From: Octopus vulgaris
Taxonomy: Eukaryota
Length of the DNA: 64,000 nucleotides
Direction of reading: 5' to 3'
Assembly: GCA_951406725.2 (NCBI GenBank)
Contig: OX597824.1
Coordinates: 20,956,001-21,020,000, forward strand
The notes beneath the pieces are model-generated. The model had not been told where the DNA came from. It did not search any database and saw nothing but the letters and a program-made list of their open reading frames with translations. Numbering within the stretch: the stretch's first letter is position 1; each line of letters opens with the position of its first letter. Position numbers and translations under genes: made by a program. This document shows, piece by piece, positions 13,719 through 26,570 of the stretch.

Positions 13719-13770
13719 GTCTTACAGCTGTTTCCAGGATATTTATTAATTATATCCCTTCATCGGAGAC
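13719..13770 (-). ncRNA. Minimal type-I hammerhead-ribozyme-like motif (core variant CCGAUGA)
   Basis: GUCU-CCGAUGA-AG-GGAUAU(loop)AUAUCC-UG-GAAAC-AGCU-GUA-AGAC. Stems I and II are present and stem III is the palindrome ACAGCUGU. Confidence 0.6.
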
Positions 13771-14175
13771 GGTGTGAGAGGACGGTTAAGCAATAGTTAG
13801 TGCTTTTATATATATATATATATATAAGCACTATGCCATCACTTGCAAGTGACTGTGACATGCTAGCATGTAGTGTGCTCGGCTTAGGGCCAATATAGTC
13901 ACAACCAGGCACACACAACCTATCGCCACTCCCCAACTCCCGACCCAAAGGAACATCCAAGATGTCACAGTTGTGCCAGCATTAGTTTTTTAAATTTTTT
14001 TCTTCTTTTCCTGTGAATAGACTGGTGTGATGTGAAATGAATTGCCTTGCTCAAGGACTCAATGTGGCACCCTGTCCAGGAACTGAACCCACAACCCTAT
14101 GGTTTTGTGTCCAACACCCTAACTACTAGGCCCCACACATTCACGTATTACTGTGCAAAATGATAGAACATAAAT

Positions 14176-14217
<42 letters not shown>

Positions 14218-14330
14218 TACTAATGTATCTTCAATAGTCACTATCATAAGCAATGTCACTGTTTACTCAAATATACATTTCAAGAATGAATTAGCAAAGA
14301 CTACTCTCTTTTGAAAATAATAATAATAAT

Positions 14331-14795
14331 CTTTTCTACTCTAGGCACAAAGCCTGAAATTTTTTTTTGGGGGGGGGAGGCAGTTGATTGGATCAACCCC
14401 AGTACGCAACTGGTACTTAATTTATCGACTCCTGAAAGGACGAAAGGCAAAGTCGCCCTCGGTGGAATTTGAACTCAGAACGTAAAGACAGACGAAATAC
14501 TGCTTAGCATTTCGCCAGGCATGCTAACATTTCTGCCAGCTTGCTGCCTTAATAATAATGATAATAATAATAATAATAATGGTTTCAAATTTTGGCGCAA
14601 GGGTGGCTCTTTTGGAAGAAGGGGTAAGTTGATTACATCGACCCCAGTGACTCAACTGGTACTTATTTTATCAACCATGAAAGGGTGAAAGGCAAAGTCA
14701 CCTTGGTGGAATTTGAACTCAGATTGTAAAACTGGAAGAAATGCCAATAAGCATTTGGTCTGGCATGCTAACGATTCTGCCAGCTTGCCACCTTA
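14331..14795 (-). mobile_element. Two tandem family-B SINEs separated by (TAA)n
   Basis: Head GGCAGCAAGCTGGCAGAA...GAGTTCAAATTCC and central GCCTTTC.TCCTTTC...GATAAAT.AAGTACCAG domain, read on the minus strand. Confidence 0.85.
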
Positions 14796-15672
14796 ATAAT
14801 AACAACAGTAAGAAGAATAATGACAATAATAATCATGGTTTGATAATTTTCTTAATATATTATACTTTTGTTCCTGTAACAGATTTCCTACAGTGCATTT
14901 ATTTTATTTTTTGAAAATGAAATGAAACTGAAATACTTTTTAAATTAAAAGTGAATTAATACAATTGAATGTTCTTCAGTGCTTCTAAATGCTAGAATTA
15001 AATTTCTCCATGAATATTTGATGATATTGGGACACAGAACATTATCAATATCCCTGGTGAAACTGAACTTCCAAAAGACAGAAGCTCCATGCTTTTGAAC
15101 TACAAATTGAATGTTAAAACACTATTCTAAGATCGGGAGAGAGAGAGAAAGGGAAGCAGAGTGAAAAAGGTAAAGAATGAAATGCATTTGAAGAAACGGC
15201 ATTTCGAACAGATTATTTCTAAAGATCAAACCAAACTAGCAATTCACTGATTGATTGATTAACTGATTGGGAAGATGCAACAAATCATAGACATACTTAT
15301 TGATACAGAGGAAGCCCTTGTCATACAGAAGAGGCATCAAATACAAAACACAAGCTAACCTCAGCTCATTTTCCCAAGATCAGCAAGCAAAGGAACAATG
15401 TTAATTCTGCAATTTATTTGTTTACTTAACAAGCAAAAAAAAAAAAAAAATGTTCCATGCAAAATATTTGCAATGCAGAGTTACTGTAAAAATGCATTAC
15501 CATTCAACTCATTAAACATAAATACATTTTTGGCCTTCTTTCATTTTTATGGTCATTAAAAAAAAAAGAAAAAAAAAAGGGCCATTATTTAAGAAAAATA
15601 ATTAAAGCTACAAACCATTTAGCAATTAAAACAACTCACAATGCTAATTTAGGAAATATGTATATATTTTAA

Positions 15673-16293
15673 CCCTTTTGATACCAACCCACCCAGGACT
15701 GTCTCTACTACTATTACACAAATTTTTAGTTTTAACCCTTTCGTTACCAACCCGGCTGAAACCGACTCTGGCTCTGAGTACAAATGTCTTGATTTCATAA
15801 GTTCTGAATTAAAATCTTCCACCAAACCTTAGTCACAATTTATTTCCAAACACTAGCTTAATGATAACTAAATTTTACTAAATTCTTTGGTATTATTAAA
15901 GTAATTGAAAGAATCACAGAACATCTCAAAATAAATACAGTAATGAAAGGGTTAAATTTGTCGAAGTTAAGATTTTCCATTTTGTTGGTTTATGTTCTAA
16001 ACACCAGCTTAATAATGATTTTTAGATTTTAGCAAAAGGACAGCAATTTTGGGAGAGGTTGCAAGTTGATTATGTTGACCTCAGTGCTCAACTGGTACTT
16101 ATTTAGCAGGATTTGAACTTGGGACATAAAGATGGACGGAATGCCACCAAGCATTTTGTGTGTTGTGCTAACGATTTTGCCAGCCCACAACCTGAATAAC
16201 GACAGCTATTTTACAGAATTCTTCATTATTTTCAAAATCAAATGAAACAGAACAAAGGCAGTGTATTTCAACAGAAATATGGTAACAAAAGGG
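15673..16293. mobile_element. piggyBac-like MITE with a nested related MITE (15736-15951) and a SINE fragment
   Basis: The inner element has ends TTAA|CCCTTTCGTTAC...GTAATGAAAGGG|TTAA. The outer element has ends CCCTTTTGATACC / GGTAACAAAAGGG. Confidence 0.7.
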
Positions 16294-17230
16294 TTCAATA
16301 TATTTTTTCCTTTTGAGAGAAACCATATTCGTTTTAAACAAAAATTGTCAGATACAAATACCCCGCCTTTTCATTTCTACTTCCTTTGAATTTTAAAAGA
16401 ATTATATCCAAATATCTCAAATGATATTTGTTCTTTCAATTCATTTTAATCCTCCATTTCTAACAACTGATTATAATCATCTCCTAGAAAGTTTTTCATC
16501 ATATGAAATTTAAAATTTACAGCAATTTCTCTATACTCCATATCCTACCTGCTAAATTATTCTGATTAAATTAAACAGAAACGTGTTCATTTTACTAAAG
16601 TTAAATATACACATCTGGCAAAAATATATCTGCACAATTTGTAAACTACCAATAGTAAAAGGAAATGTGTATAGAATGATAGTGAAATTAATTTACAGCT
16701 AAAGTGTAATTCTAAAAAGATAGTTCTTTTTTTTGTTTTTTAATGATTCAGGTCCCAACTGAGTATAAACAAAAAAAGAAATAGAAAAACAAAAAATAAG
16801 TAACTGAGAAAATGACTTGAGTGTGTCTTAGTTTGTTCACACAAGAGTAAATTCAATAAAGAGAAATGACACATCTATGTATAATTAAAATGGACTACCA
16901 GAAGGATAGTTTCCTTGATAACAGGAAGATTTCAGATAATATTCATATATAAAATAATGAAATAACAATATAACAAGCAATGACATAAAAAAATAACTTT
17001 TTACCACTAAAATGGTCAAACTAATGTTTGAAAAACTGAAATAAAAAGAAAAGATTAATCCAAAATGTTGATGGTTACACATAATATTGTGAATAATTGT
17101 TATTTTGAAAATAAAATTAGTTAATGTCTAGAATATAACAGCTCTTTTTTCTGGCTATAAGGATAACAGGTAAAGGATCTCTGTAGACTGTGTTAAAACA
17201 AATTTAACCAATAGCAATACTCAGAATTAA

Positions 17231-17450
17231 CCATTTAGCATTTAAACCAGCCATATCTGGCCTAAATATTCTACCTGTTTTATGTTCAAACTTGCCAGAT
17301 CCTGCCTCTCACACCTACCCTACAATGTCCTTCTAAAAATAAACAATCACATCATTGAAATCTCAAGCAATGAGATAATGCATGATTAATTCAAAACAAT
17401 GGTAAATAAATGAGTTTTTCATTCGACAGAGAAACATGAATGCTAAAGGG
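17231..17450. mobile_element. piggyBac-like MITE (second family)
   Basis: TTAA|CCATTTAGCATT...AATGCTAAAGGG|TTAA. Related copies occur at about 20470-20685, 52570-52670, 53900-54058 and 61912-62020. Confidence 0.7.
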
Positions 17451-18028
17451 TTAAAAAAGAAACTGATAAGGTTCATTCAAATATGAACAATACCGAAACT
17501 AAATGAAATAATATTTAGTTGCTGGTGAAATGTTCGCAACGATTAAACATGTACAGAAATCAACATAATATAACACCGGGTAGTTTATGAGAAATATACA
17601 AAGTTCTGGAACCACTGAATACTCCTGGCATCTATACATTAACAGAATAATCTTGGTGTCCGTATTTATTAATATATTTACAAGAGATATGTTTTTTTTG
17701 AAAAATCACCAATATTTATTATAATTATTATTATTGACAAAACATTTTTTGGAAATTAGAAATTGGTTTAAATTATATTTAATAATAACCAAATTATGTT
17801 ATTTATTTTTATTGTATTTATTTAATTTATTTTATTTTATTTTATTTTACTTATTTATACAAAATTACAAGAGTGAATATTTTGGAATAAAACAACAGAA
17901 AATAGTATAGTGACTTTGGTAAACTAAGGGGTACTAAGCTGTGGCATGCTAAAGTCCAATAGCTATTGCTACAGTATTTGGTCGAATAAATTGAAGGTTT
18001 GTGGCAGTTGCAGTGAGGAGGCTCAAAC

Positions 18029-18199
18029 CTGCCAAACGGATTTTTATCAATAGCTTCCAGGCCACACAGCGCATGAGCAGACAAGGACTCAGAGATTTTG
18101 ATCATGGCATTTGTGGCATGGCTTGTCCACCACCTTCCAGTAAAGGATTTTGATATGTTGACAACGTAAGAGAGCTTTGATTTCACACCACTAGTAAAT
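18029..18199 (-). CDS. PACSIN: Candidate alternative PACSIN linker exon ending in DKNPFGR (could instead read through to a stop at 17851 as a terminal exon)
   Basis: Strong acceptor tattttcacag|. Open in the phase-2 frame, contains NPF, and has a possible donor AG|gtttga giving 171 nt, phase 2-2. Confidence 0.4.
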
Positions 18200-18517
18200 C
18201 TGTGAAAATATACAGCATTAATGGAAGAAACAAGATATAATGTATGAACGTTACTAATGATCCAATAAAATATTTCCAATATTAGTTTTTAAACAACAGT
18301 AAAGAGGATACTCGTTAGCAACATATGTATATTGATTAGAAAATACTCCCTAACCCTATTTAATAGTCTCTCCTCATCTCTTCATCAACTGCTCCCAGGC
18401 CCTGCATTAACCATTATATCCAGTCCTTCCCTCCCAAAATGTCAGACCTCTGGAATTTTCTGCCTGTTCATGTCTTTTACACATCTGTTGACTTACAAAT
18501 TAAGATGAACTCTTAAA

Positions 18518-18737
18518 CCCTTTCGTTACCGACCCGGTTGAAACCGGCTCTGGCTCTGAGTACAAATGTCTTGTTTTCAAAAGTTTTCAATTAAAATCTT
18601 CCACCACACCTTAGTCACAATTTATGTTCCTAACACTAGCTGAATGGTTACTAAGTTATTTTACTAAATTCTTTGTTATATTTAAAGTAATTGGAAGAAA
18701 CACAGAGCATCTCGAAATAAATGCAGTAACGAAAGGG
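18518..18737. mobile_element. piggyBac-like MITE (same family as 15736-15951)
   Basis: TIRs CCCTTTCGTTAC / GTAACGAAAGGG followed by TTAA. The internal sequence is near-identical to 15736-15951. Confidence 0.8.
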
Positions 18738-21700
18738 TTAACAGCATCAGTCTCACTGGTCGGGGGGTGGGGGGTGGTGTCTGAAAAGAGCCCTTCCTCC
18801 AGACCAAGCAAGTAAAAAGTAAATAATGCTGCCATACTTTTATTGCTTAATAGAGTGCTATTAAATTCACACATACACAAAACTATATTCATAAGAGATT
18901 TATAAATATAATATCAAACAATCAATAATGTTATTATGAAATTATATTCTCCAAATAATTCTATTTCTATCTGCCAACCAACCAACCTATATGTAATCTT
19001 GTACTTAGTGATTCTTCCAACACTATGTCTATGTTTGCTTCTTGTTTGCTTCAATGATGAGGTCATAATAATAGAAAACATGACTGGAGTTATGTCCCTT
19101 ACTCGACAAAATAATAAAAATTATATTAATCCTTAACTAATACTAATTTTTCTCTACCCTGGATGTGTTTCTAATTACGATTTTAATGCTAACTTTATTA
19201 CATACCTTAACACCAGCTTAATTAAAATAATTCAATCAATCGACAATAATCCATTAGAATTCTTTTTATGTTTTCATTTCACTACATGAGATTACAATGC
19301 AGCAAGTGAAACTTGAAAATATTTCTTCAATTTTAAAAATTCATAGAATACCATTTGCCATTATCTTGTATCTACATCCCTAAACTAACTCAAACTCTTT
19401 ATTTCAAAGACAAAAAAAGAAAAATTTCATCAAAGCAAAAACAAAATTCATGAAACCAAATCACATGATCTAAAAATCTCTGATTTTCTAATAATATCCA
19501 CCTTACAAAACATTGGGGTAAAAGAAAACTTCTGGAAAAAGTTTATATCTAACTTGCTTTTAGCTTTTTTTCACTTTTTTTTTTTGATATTAAGACCACA
19601 AGACACCAGTTTTGGTTTCTTAGGTGTTTGATGTCCATCTAACATAAACAACAACCAAAACGTAGCATATTTATTTTGTGAACAGAAATGTTTATATCTA
19701 AAGCTTCAAGTAAGAATTTATACAAATATAGTGTTTTTTGATATTGGTATCAGCATTAAAATCAATGTAACTGTAGGTAGATCCAAATCTTTTACTCATA
19801 GGGTCAGCACACTCCCATGAGGAAGGGGGCAGTCACTATCATCATCCAGTGTTTTAAATCTGAGTTTTGTCCCCGTTAACAGGGGTGGCTGGATCTACCT
19901 CAACTGAGGTAGGCAGGTGTAGCCCACTCCAACAGTTCGGATAGCTGGCTGGTGGCCTTTCTCTTTTGCTATCATGAGGCTTTTTTGGAGCTATTTGATA
20001 ATGGCAATTATTGATAATTAATTATTTAAAAAATTACTCCCCACCCCTATCTCCGAAATGAATTAATAAAAGTAAAATTAAAAACAAAATTTTTTTTTGA
20101 AATGCTTTAAAAAGTACTTTGGTGTATTACTGAGTCAAGATATCTGAAGAACAAAAAGCCTAACTGCCAACTTGTACAGTTCCAAGTACCAAGTGGGAAT
20201 AAGTCTTACGGGATGGGCCTTCAACCTGGACAAAAAAATTCTTTAAAGAAAAAAAAATATTTCATTATATTAAAATTTCACTGAAAAAGATGCAAATAAT
20301 GAGAAAAGAATATATATGCTAAAATATGTTTATATATATGTGTGTGTGTGTGTGTGTGTGATGTTTGTAACTGTGTGTGTGTGTGTGTGACTGAAATTTG
20401 GTACAGTCCTCTGGCTAGTCAGCTTCTGTCAAGCCATCCAATTCATGCCAGCATGGAAAATGGACATTAACCCTTTAGTGTTCGCATTATTCTGCCAAAA
20501 TTAATGCTTTTTCATCCACTTTGTTTTGAACTAATCATGCATTATCTTGGAGCTATGAGATTTTGATGAGGTAGCTGTTAATTTTTAAAACGATAGTGTA
20601 GGGTTGGTGTGAGAGACCAGATCTGGCCAGTTTGAACATAAAACAGGCAGAATACTTTTGGCCGGATATGGCCGGTTTAAATGACAAAGAACTTCCTCAT
20701 CCTTTAGCAACATCCAACAAACTCATGCTTATCATCAACTGACCATCTCCAACCTTATTTGCCACTCTTTATCACTCACCCTTAAATCCCTCTCCTATTG
20801 TATTTATTTATTCTGTTAGTCAACACCCTTCCTGTACCGCCAGTCATCACTCTCTTCCTCGTCCCTCACCTTCATTCACCATTCAATACACCCCAATTTA
20901 TAACCATCTCTCACTTACCCTCACACTTTTGCAACCTTCACCCATCATTCTTTATCTTCTGTCCCCACACTATCTTCTATTCACCTTCTTGTACATTGAG
21001 GATATCCTCTGGCACTTCATCACCTTTTCATCTCTCTCTCTCTCTCTCTCTATCTCTCTTGCTCCATCCATCCACTCCCAACCAGCTCTATATAATATGT
21101 AGAGTAGCCATGAATCTCCACAACAACAAGCCTGTTTCTGTCCCCACAATCATACTGGAAGCCCCTCAATATTTTGCATGAAGCCTCCTCTCACTTGTGC
21201 TGGGGCAACATAAAAACACTAGTACTATCTGTAAAGTGGTTGGTATTAGAATGGGCATCCAGCCATTGAAACCATTTTAAAACTGACATGCTGGAGCAAG
21301 ATGTGGTCCTCTGGTCCATTGGATCCTGTTGGACTGACCAATCCATGCCAGCATGTAAAGCAGACATGAAATATTTTATATACATACACACACACGCACA
21401 CCCATCAGGCCAAGTAAAATCATAGTTGTGGCAGATACTGGTGTCACACAAATGGTACATGTGCCAATGACATGTAAAAGCACCCATTATACTCTCGGTG
21501 TGGTTGGCATTAGGAAGGGCATCCAGTTTGCCAGCCCTGGTCAAACTGTCCAACCCATGCCAGCATGGACAACGGACATTAGATGATGATGATGATGATG
21601 ATGATGTGTAAATGTGTTGTATATGTACATCTGGTGTCTGTGAGTGTGTGTATCTGTGATATAAATATTATATGTGTGTGTGTGTGTGTGTGTATTATGC

Positions 21701-21901
21701 ATACATACACACATGCAATTATGGATAGGTTGTTGAGGTCCTGAAATGTGAAGTAAATAAATATTTGTGATGTATAAAACAACAACAATAAAAAAAAGAC
21801 TTCAAAACAATGAAGCAGAAAAAAAAATCAAACAGTAATAATAAACATACAAAAAAAAAAAAAGAAAAAGAAAAATCAAATAAAAACCATGATATTCTTA
21901 C

Positions 21902-22050
21902 TTTTGGTAATTGGATCCTGCCGGAGGATGGTCTGAGTTGGCAGCATAACTTTCACGGTTGTGTTTGATACCTGTTATGGTGATGCCTTCATTTGAACCA
22001 AATGTTGGCTTCTTTGTTTTGGTGATATTGTGCAATTCTGGTGAGTATTC
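21902..22050 (-). CDS. PACSIN: PACSIN linker exon (EYSPELHNITKTKKPTFGSNEGITITGIKHNRESYAANSDHPPAGSNYQK)
   Basis: Continues WPEFV|EYSPEL as expected for PACSINs, with GITITGI resembling the GVTLT motif. Boundaries tttgctcag| and AA|gtaaga. 149 nt, phase 0 to 2. Confidence 0.88.
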
Positions 22051-22291
22051 CTGAGCAAAAATGAACGAAAATAAATATTTACTAAAATGCAAGTAGAAAA
22101 AAAAAACAAAAAAAAACAAAAAAAAAACACCCCACCAAAAGCTATAAATATGAAATTGGAAACTGAATAAAAAAGCATTATACAATTTTAGAAATTGCTA
22201 ATTTCTTCCGTAAATATACCATTTCAAAATTTTAATTAAATAAAGTACCACGAGGAAACGGTTTGGCATGTGGTGAAACATCAAACTGATC

Positions 22292-22527
22292 TGTTTCTTT
22301 ATTACCCACAAGAGGCTAAACATAGAGGGGACAAACAAGGACAGACAAACAGATTAAGTCGATTACATCGACCCCAGTGTGTAACTGGTACTTAATTTAT
22401 TGACCCTGAAAGGATGAAAGGCAAAGTCGACCTTGGCGGAATTTGAACTCAGAACATAATGGCGGGTGAAATACCATGAAGCATTTCGCCCGGTGTGCTA
22501 ACGTCTCTGCCAGCTCGCCGCCTTATA
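22292..22527 (-). mobile_element. Family-B SINE with 16-bp TSD
   Basis: Full copy flanked by aaacatcaaactgatc at 22276-22291 and 22528-22543. Confidence 0.9.
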
Positions 22528-23769
22528 AAACATCAAACTGATCACTGAAGAACGGTATCTGAAAATTCTTTCTTGAGCTGCCAGTCATCACTCCCATTCC
22601 CTTGAGTCACTTCTGTTTACATCCACCCTTCATTCTTAATACAGAACCCTTCTTATTTACCACTGGCCATCCCCATCCCCATTTGAATTATCCCTCACTC
22701 TTCGCATCAGATTGTCCAGCCTCATTTATTTCTGTACAAAAGAGTACTCCTTAAGGAGCTTCACTATGTTAGTAATGTAGTAAGAGTAATACTCTCCACT
22801 GAGGAACTTCTGGGAATAATACTCTTGTTGCTTCTTCATTATTACTCCAGGTTTCTCTTCATCATTGCTCCACATTTCTTATTATTATCCGGCATTTTAC
22901 TTTGTTATTTACTCCACATTATGTCTCGTTAGTTCTTTGAATTTAAGTAATTACTTTTCCTTGTGCAGGCGGCACGTAAAAAGCACCCACTACACTCATG
23001 GAGTGGTTGGCGTCAGGAAGGGCATCCAGCTGTAGAAACACTGCAAGACCAGACTGGAGCCTGGTGCAGCCTCCTGGCTTCCCAGACCCCGGTCGAACCA
23101 TCCAACCCATGCTAGCATAGAAAATGGATGTTAGATGATGATGATTTGCATTCCTGTCATTATAACCCCGCACTTTACTTCATTATTGCCCAACACTTCA
23201 TGTTTTTAACCTACATTTCTTGTTATCCCACATTTAATTTCATTATTACCTGTATTCTACTTCATTATTACCCCACATTTTACTCCATTATTATCCCATA
23301 TTTCAAAATGAAATGAGATAAAAAAAAACAAAAAAACATAAACCCTTTGAGGACATAAAAATATACTCTTTTACTTGTTTCAGTCATTTGACTGCGGCCA
23401 TGCTGGGGCACCACCACAGGACTGCATCAAGTTCCAATGTCTGTTTTGGCATGGTTTCTATGGCTGGATGCCCTTCCTCACACCAACCACTTTACTATGT
23501 CTACTGGTTGTCTTCTATGCGACACTGGCACCAGTAAGGTTGTCAAACAAGTAAAGGTTGCAAGAAAAGGAAAAAAAAAAAAAACCCTTTTAATTGAATG
23601 TGCAGAGGGTGTAGTCGAGAGACGAAGGTGGCTTTATGTCAGGTACCTTGCTACAGAGGAGGTACATGGTTACCCTGCATTAGATAAGGGTGGATGCATT
23701 AACTGGGAAAAAAGACTGCTAATTCTCCATTACATAGGAAATGCCTCTGACATCAAAGAGTTTATTAAA

Positions 23770-23856
23770 GAGCATCCACTTGCGACCACATGTGCTCTGA
23801 GCACCCACTTGCGACCACATGTGCTCTGAGCACCCACTTGTGACCACATGTGCTCT
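23770..23856. repeat. 3 x 29-bp minisatellite
   Basis: Unit gagcacccacttgcgaccacatgtgctct starts at 23770, 23799 and 23828. Confidence 0.95.
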
Positions 23857-24593
23857 CAATATACTTTTTTTCTATTATTGCAGTAAGATTAAAGCCATGT
23901 TCAATCATCTTTGGTGGGGTGGGGTGATACTGTCTGACAACTGTCAGACGGAGGATTACCACAGGACAAATTAAGGTGAGCTGGCATTCATGCTACACAG
24001 ACATTGAGCTTGGCATTTGGCTTTAAAGATGTTGTGAAGAGGGAGATCAATGTCTTTGCCATTAATCAAACCGAATGGTAGGAAACAGCTGCAGAGAGAT
24101 TCTTGGAGTTGGCACACTGCCATGGACGAGAAATCAATAAGGGACAATACGATTGAAGTGTGGCAAGCACACTAACAAAACACCTCATACATAAATGCAC
24201 ACATTGGTGGGAGCACACACGCATGCATGTGTCCATGCACGTGTGTATGTATATGTGTGTGTGTGCATACGTATACAGGAATACAAAGCAGCGCAGTCAG
24301 GTTGCTTTAACCTTTGTTTAAGCGTAGGTAAGATCAATATGTGCACCAATGTTACATGTAGGTGCAAATGAAATAGATAGATGTATTGCTACATATTCGT
24401 AGATAAAATAGAGAATTTTCTACACACACACAGACATATATATGCACAAACATATACATCATCATTGCTTCAGTGTCTATGCTCACATGGGTCAGAAGGA
24501 ATTCACCGAGGCAGATATTACCTGCATCTAGTTATGGATAAAATATATACATACTGATGTTACATGTATGTAGGTGCAGATAAGACAGATGTA

Positions 24594-24637
<44 letters not shown>

Positions 24638-24652
24638 TATACATATATACAT

Positions 24653-24683
<31 letters not shown>

Positions 24684-24896
24684 AGGGGGTGCTGAAAAAT
24701 TCCTGGCTTTAAGGGTTTTGTGAAAGGCTTGATTGGAGGCCCAACCTTCTAAGTTCTTTTACAGGGCTTCGAAAAACTGAAGGACCACTGCAATAAGTGT
24801 GCGAATATGAGAGGTGTATATGTTGAAGAAAATCATAATTAACTGATCCTCTGGTATTTTTTGTTAGCCGAAGCCAAGAATTTTCCAGTATCACCT
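24684..24896. mobile_element. Non-autonomous mariner-like MITE
   Basis: TIRs gggtgctgaaaaattcctggct / agccaagaattttccagtatcacc. A second copy at about 51712-52336 is interrupted by a family-C insertion. Confidence 0.7.
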
Positions 24897-24917
24897 GTGT
24901 GTGTGTGGGTGTGTGTG

Positions 24918-25776
24918 TAAGGTGTGATGGGTAAATTGTTGCCATTTTATATTTTTAATTTTGCACGTGCGCATTGTCTTTGATTTTGCAAACCCCACAG
25001 TGTAGTAGGGTCAGTTGGGCACTGTCTGTGAGAAAAACAGCACCATGATGCATTTCACTCTGCCAGAAATTTGGAAATGACATGCTGTACTACTCGGCAT
25101 TTGCACTGGGAGTTCCAATATGAACAGTTCAGAGTGTTTGGGTGTCAGTCTAAGGACATGTACCAAAAGTGATAAAAATCAAACATCCAATCAACATCCT
25201 TGTGTTTGGAGTGATCACAAGTGATGCCTCCATTCATCTTCCCACATGGCCTCAGACTCAACTTGGAGGCCTCCATCAAGTCCCTGGAGGAGGGAGTGCT
25301 GCTCTGAGTCAAGAGGGTGGCTGCTGGAAGACCCTATGTTTGGCAACACGACTCTGCACCATATCACACGAGCAGGAGAACTCAGCCGTGGTTGTCAGAC
25401 AATTTCTGTAATCATATCACCCCTAACATCTGGTTACCTAACTCCCCAGACCACAACACCCTTGATTATTATGTGTGGGGCATAGTAGAGCAAGAAACCA
25501 ACAAAACTCCTTGTAACACCAAAGAAGAACTGAAGGCAAGGATTATGGCAGCATTCACCAACTTAAACAAGGAGACCGTCCAGAAGAGTTGCAGGAGATT
25601 CCAAAGTTGTCTGGAGGCTGTGGTTGAAGCCAATGGCGATTTTATTGAATAAATTTACTGTTTAGCATTTCAAGATATTTTAAAAAAAGTAATTTTGGTA
25701 AATATATCTGCTAAAATGAGATGTCAGTGTTATTTTCAATTTTGCATAATTTAGACAACAGTTTATTAATCACCCT
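24918..25776 (+). mobile_element. Internally deleted Tc1/mariner (maT/DD37D-like) transposon with a transposase remnant
   Basis: ORF 25317-25652 reads PYVWQHDSAPYHTS...WLPNSPDHNTLDYYVWG...EANGDFIE. Degenerate TIRs are present at both ends. Confidence 0.85.
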
Positions 25777-26169
25777 CTCTATCTATCTATATTTCTGACT
25801 AATATTGGGTAGATGGAAACTGTACAGAAACTTCATTCTTGTATTTGGGGCGCAGAAACCTGTTTCAGTGTGTAGGTAGTAGTCTTAATCCATTTGTGAG
25901 TTTAACACTACCCTATATAGTCCTTGGGTGTTTAACAGAGACTTCTCAGAAGCAAGTATTCAGATTGGGTCTCCAGTGTAGAGGTAATACAATATTTTGG
26001 TGCTCTGCTCCTTATAGGATTTGCTTTAAGGACCAAGTATTACATTGTGCTCTTGAGCAAGACACATCATTTCATGTTGCTTCAGAGCTACAAAATGGGC
26101 ACCAACCAACTGCTAGCGCAATCCTCTTCTCCTTCAGTTACCACATTCTTAATGTTCTACTGGATCAAA

Positions 26170-26570
26170 CATGGGAGGACCAAGAGCATCTATGTCAACA
26201 TGTGACTACTATGTCTAGTGGTGGTCTATCCCTGGGCAGGTCTTGTAAATGTGAACCTTCTCCAGCACTCTCTATACAACCTGGGAGTGCCTGTACCCTT
26301 CCCTGCTGCTGTTTAGCAGATTACTGGAACTTCGGGTTCCAGGGTTAGACTTGGAATGAATACTAGAGTGGTTTCGCATTGCCTTCTCCAGGCAGGTGGG
26401 ATTTGAACTCTTACTTGTACTTGTGTTGGCGTTCACCCAGGGCAGGTTGAGCTGGCTTCTTCTCAGGTCCTGATGGCATCACAAACCATGGCGACCCAAG
26501 TTTGACGGTCCTGTGCGAGGTCACTGGAGATAACGAGCCTTTCGTGGTTCCATTTGTGCAGACCAACCAC
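26170..26570 (-). mobile_element. RTE LINE 3' end (related to 28571-28860)
   Basis: Shares sequence with 28571-28710 and continues into a 3' UTR containing GGAGAAGGCAATGCGAAACCACTC on the minus strand. Confidence 0.7.

Noticed and set aside
23770-23856. Palindromic 29-bp repeats resembling a CRISPR array
   Set aside because: The units are contiguous with no spacers, there are no cas genes, and the context is a eukaryotic intron.
25839-26348. 169-aa plus-strand ORF
   Set aside because: It spans a SINE remnant and an antisense LINE UTR, with no recognisable domain.
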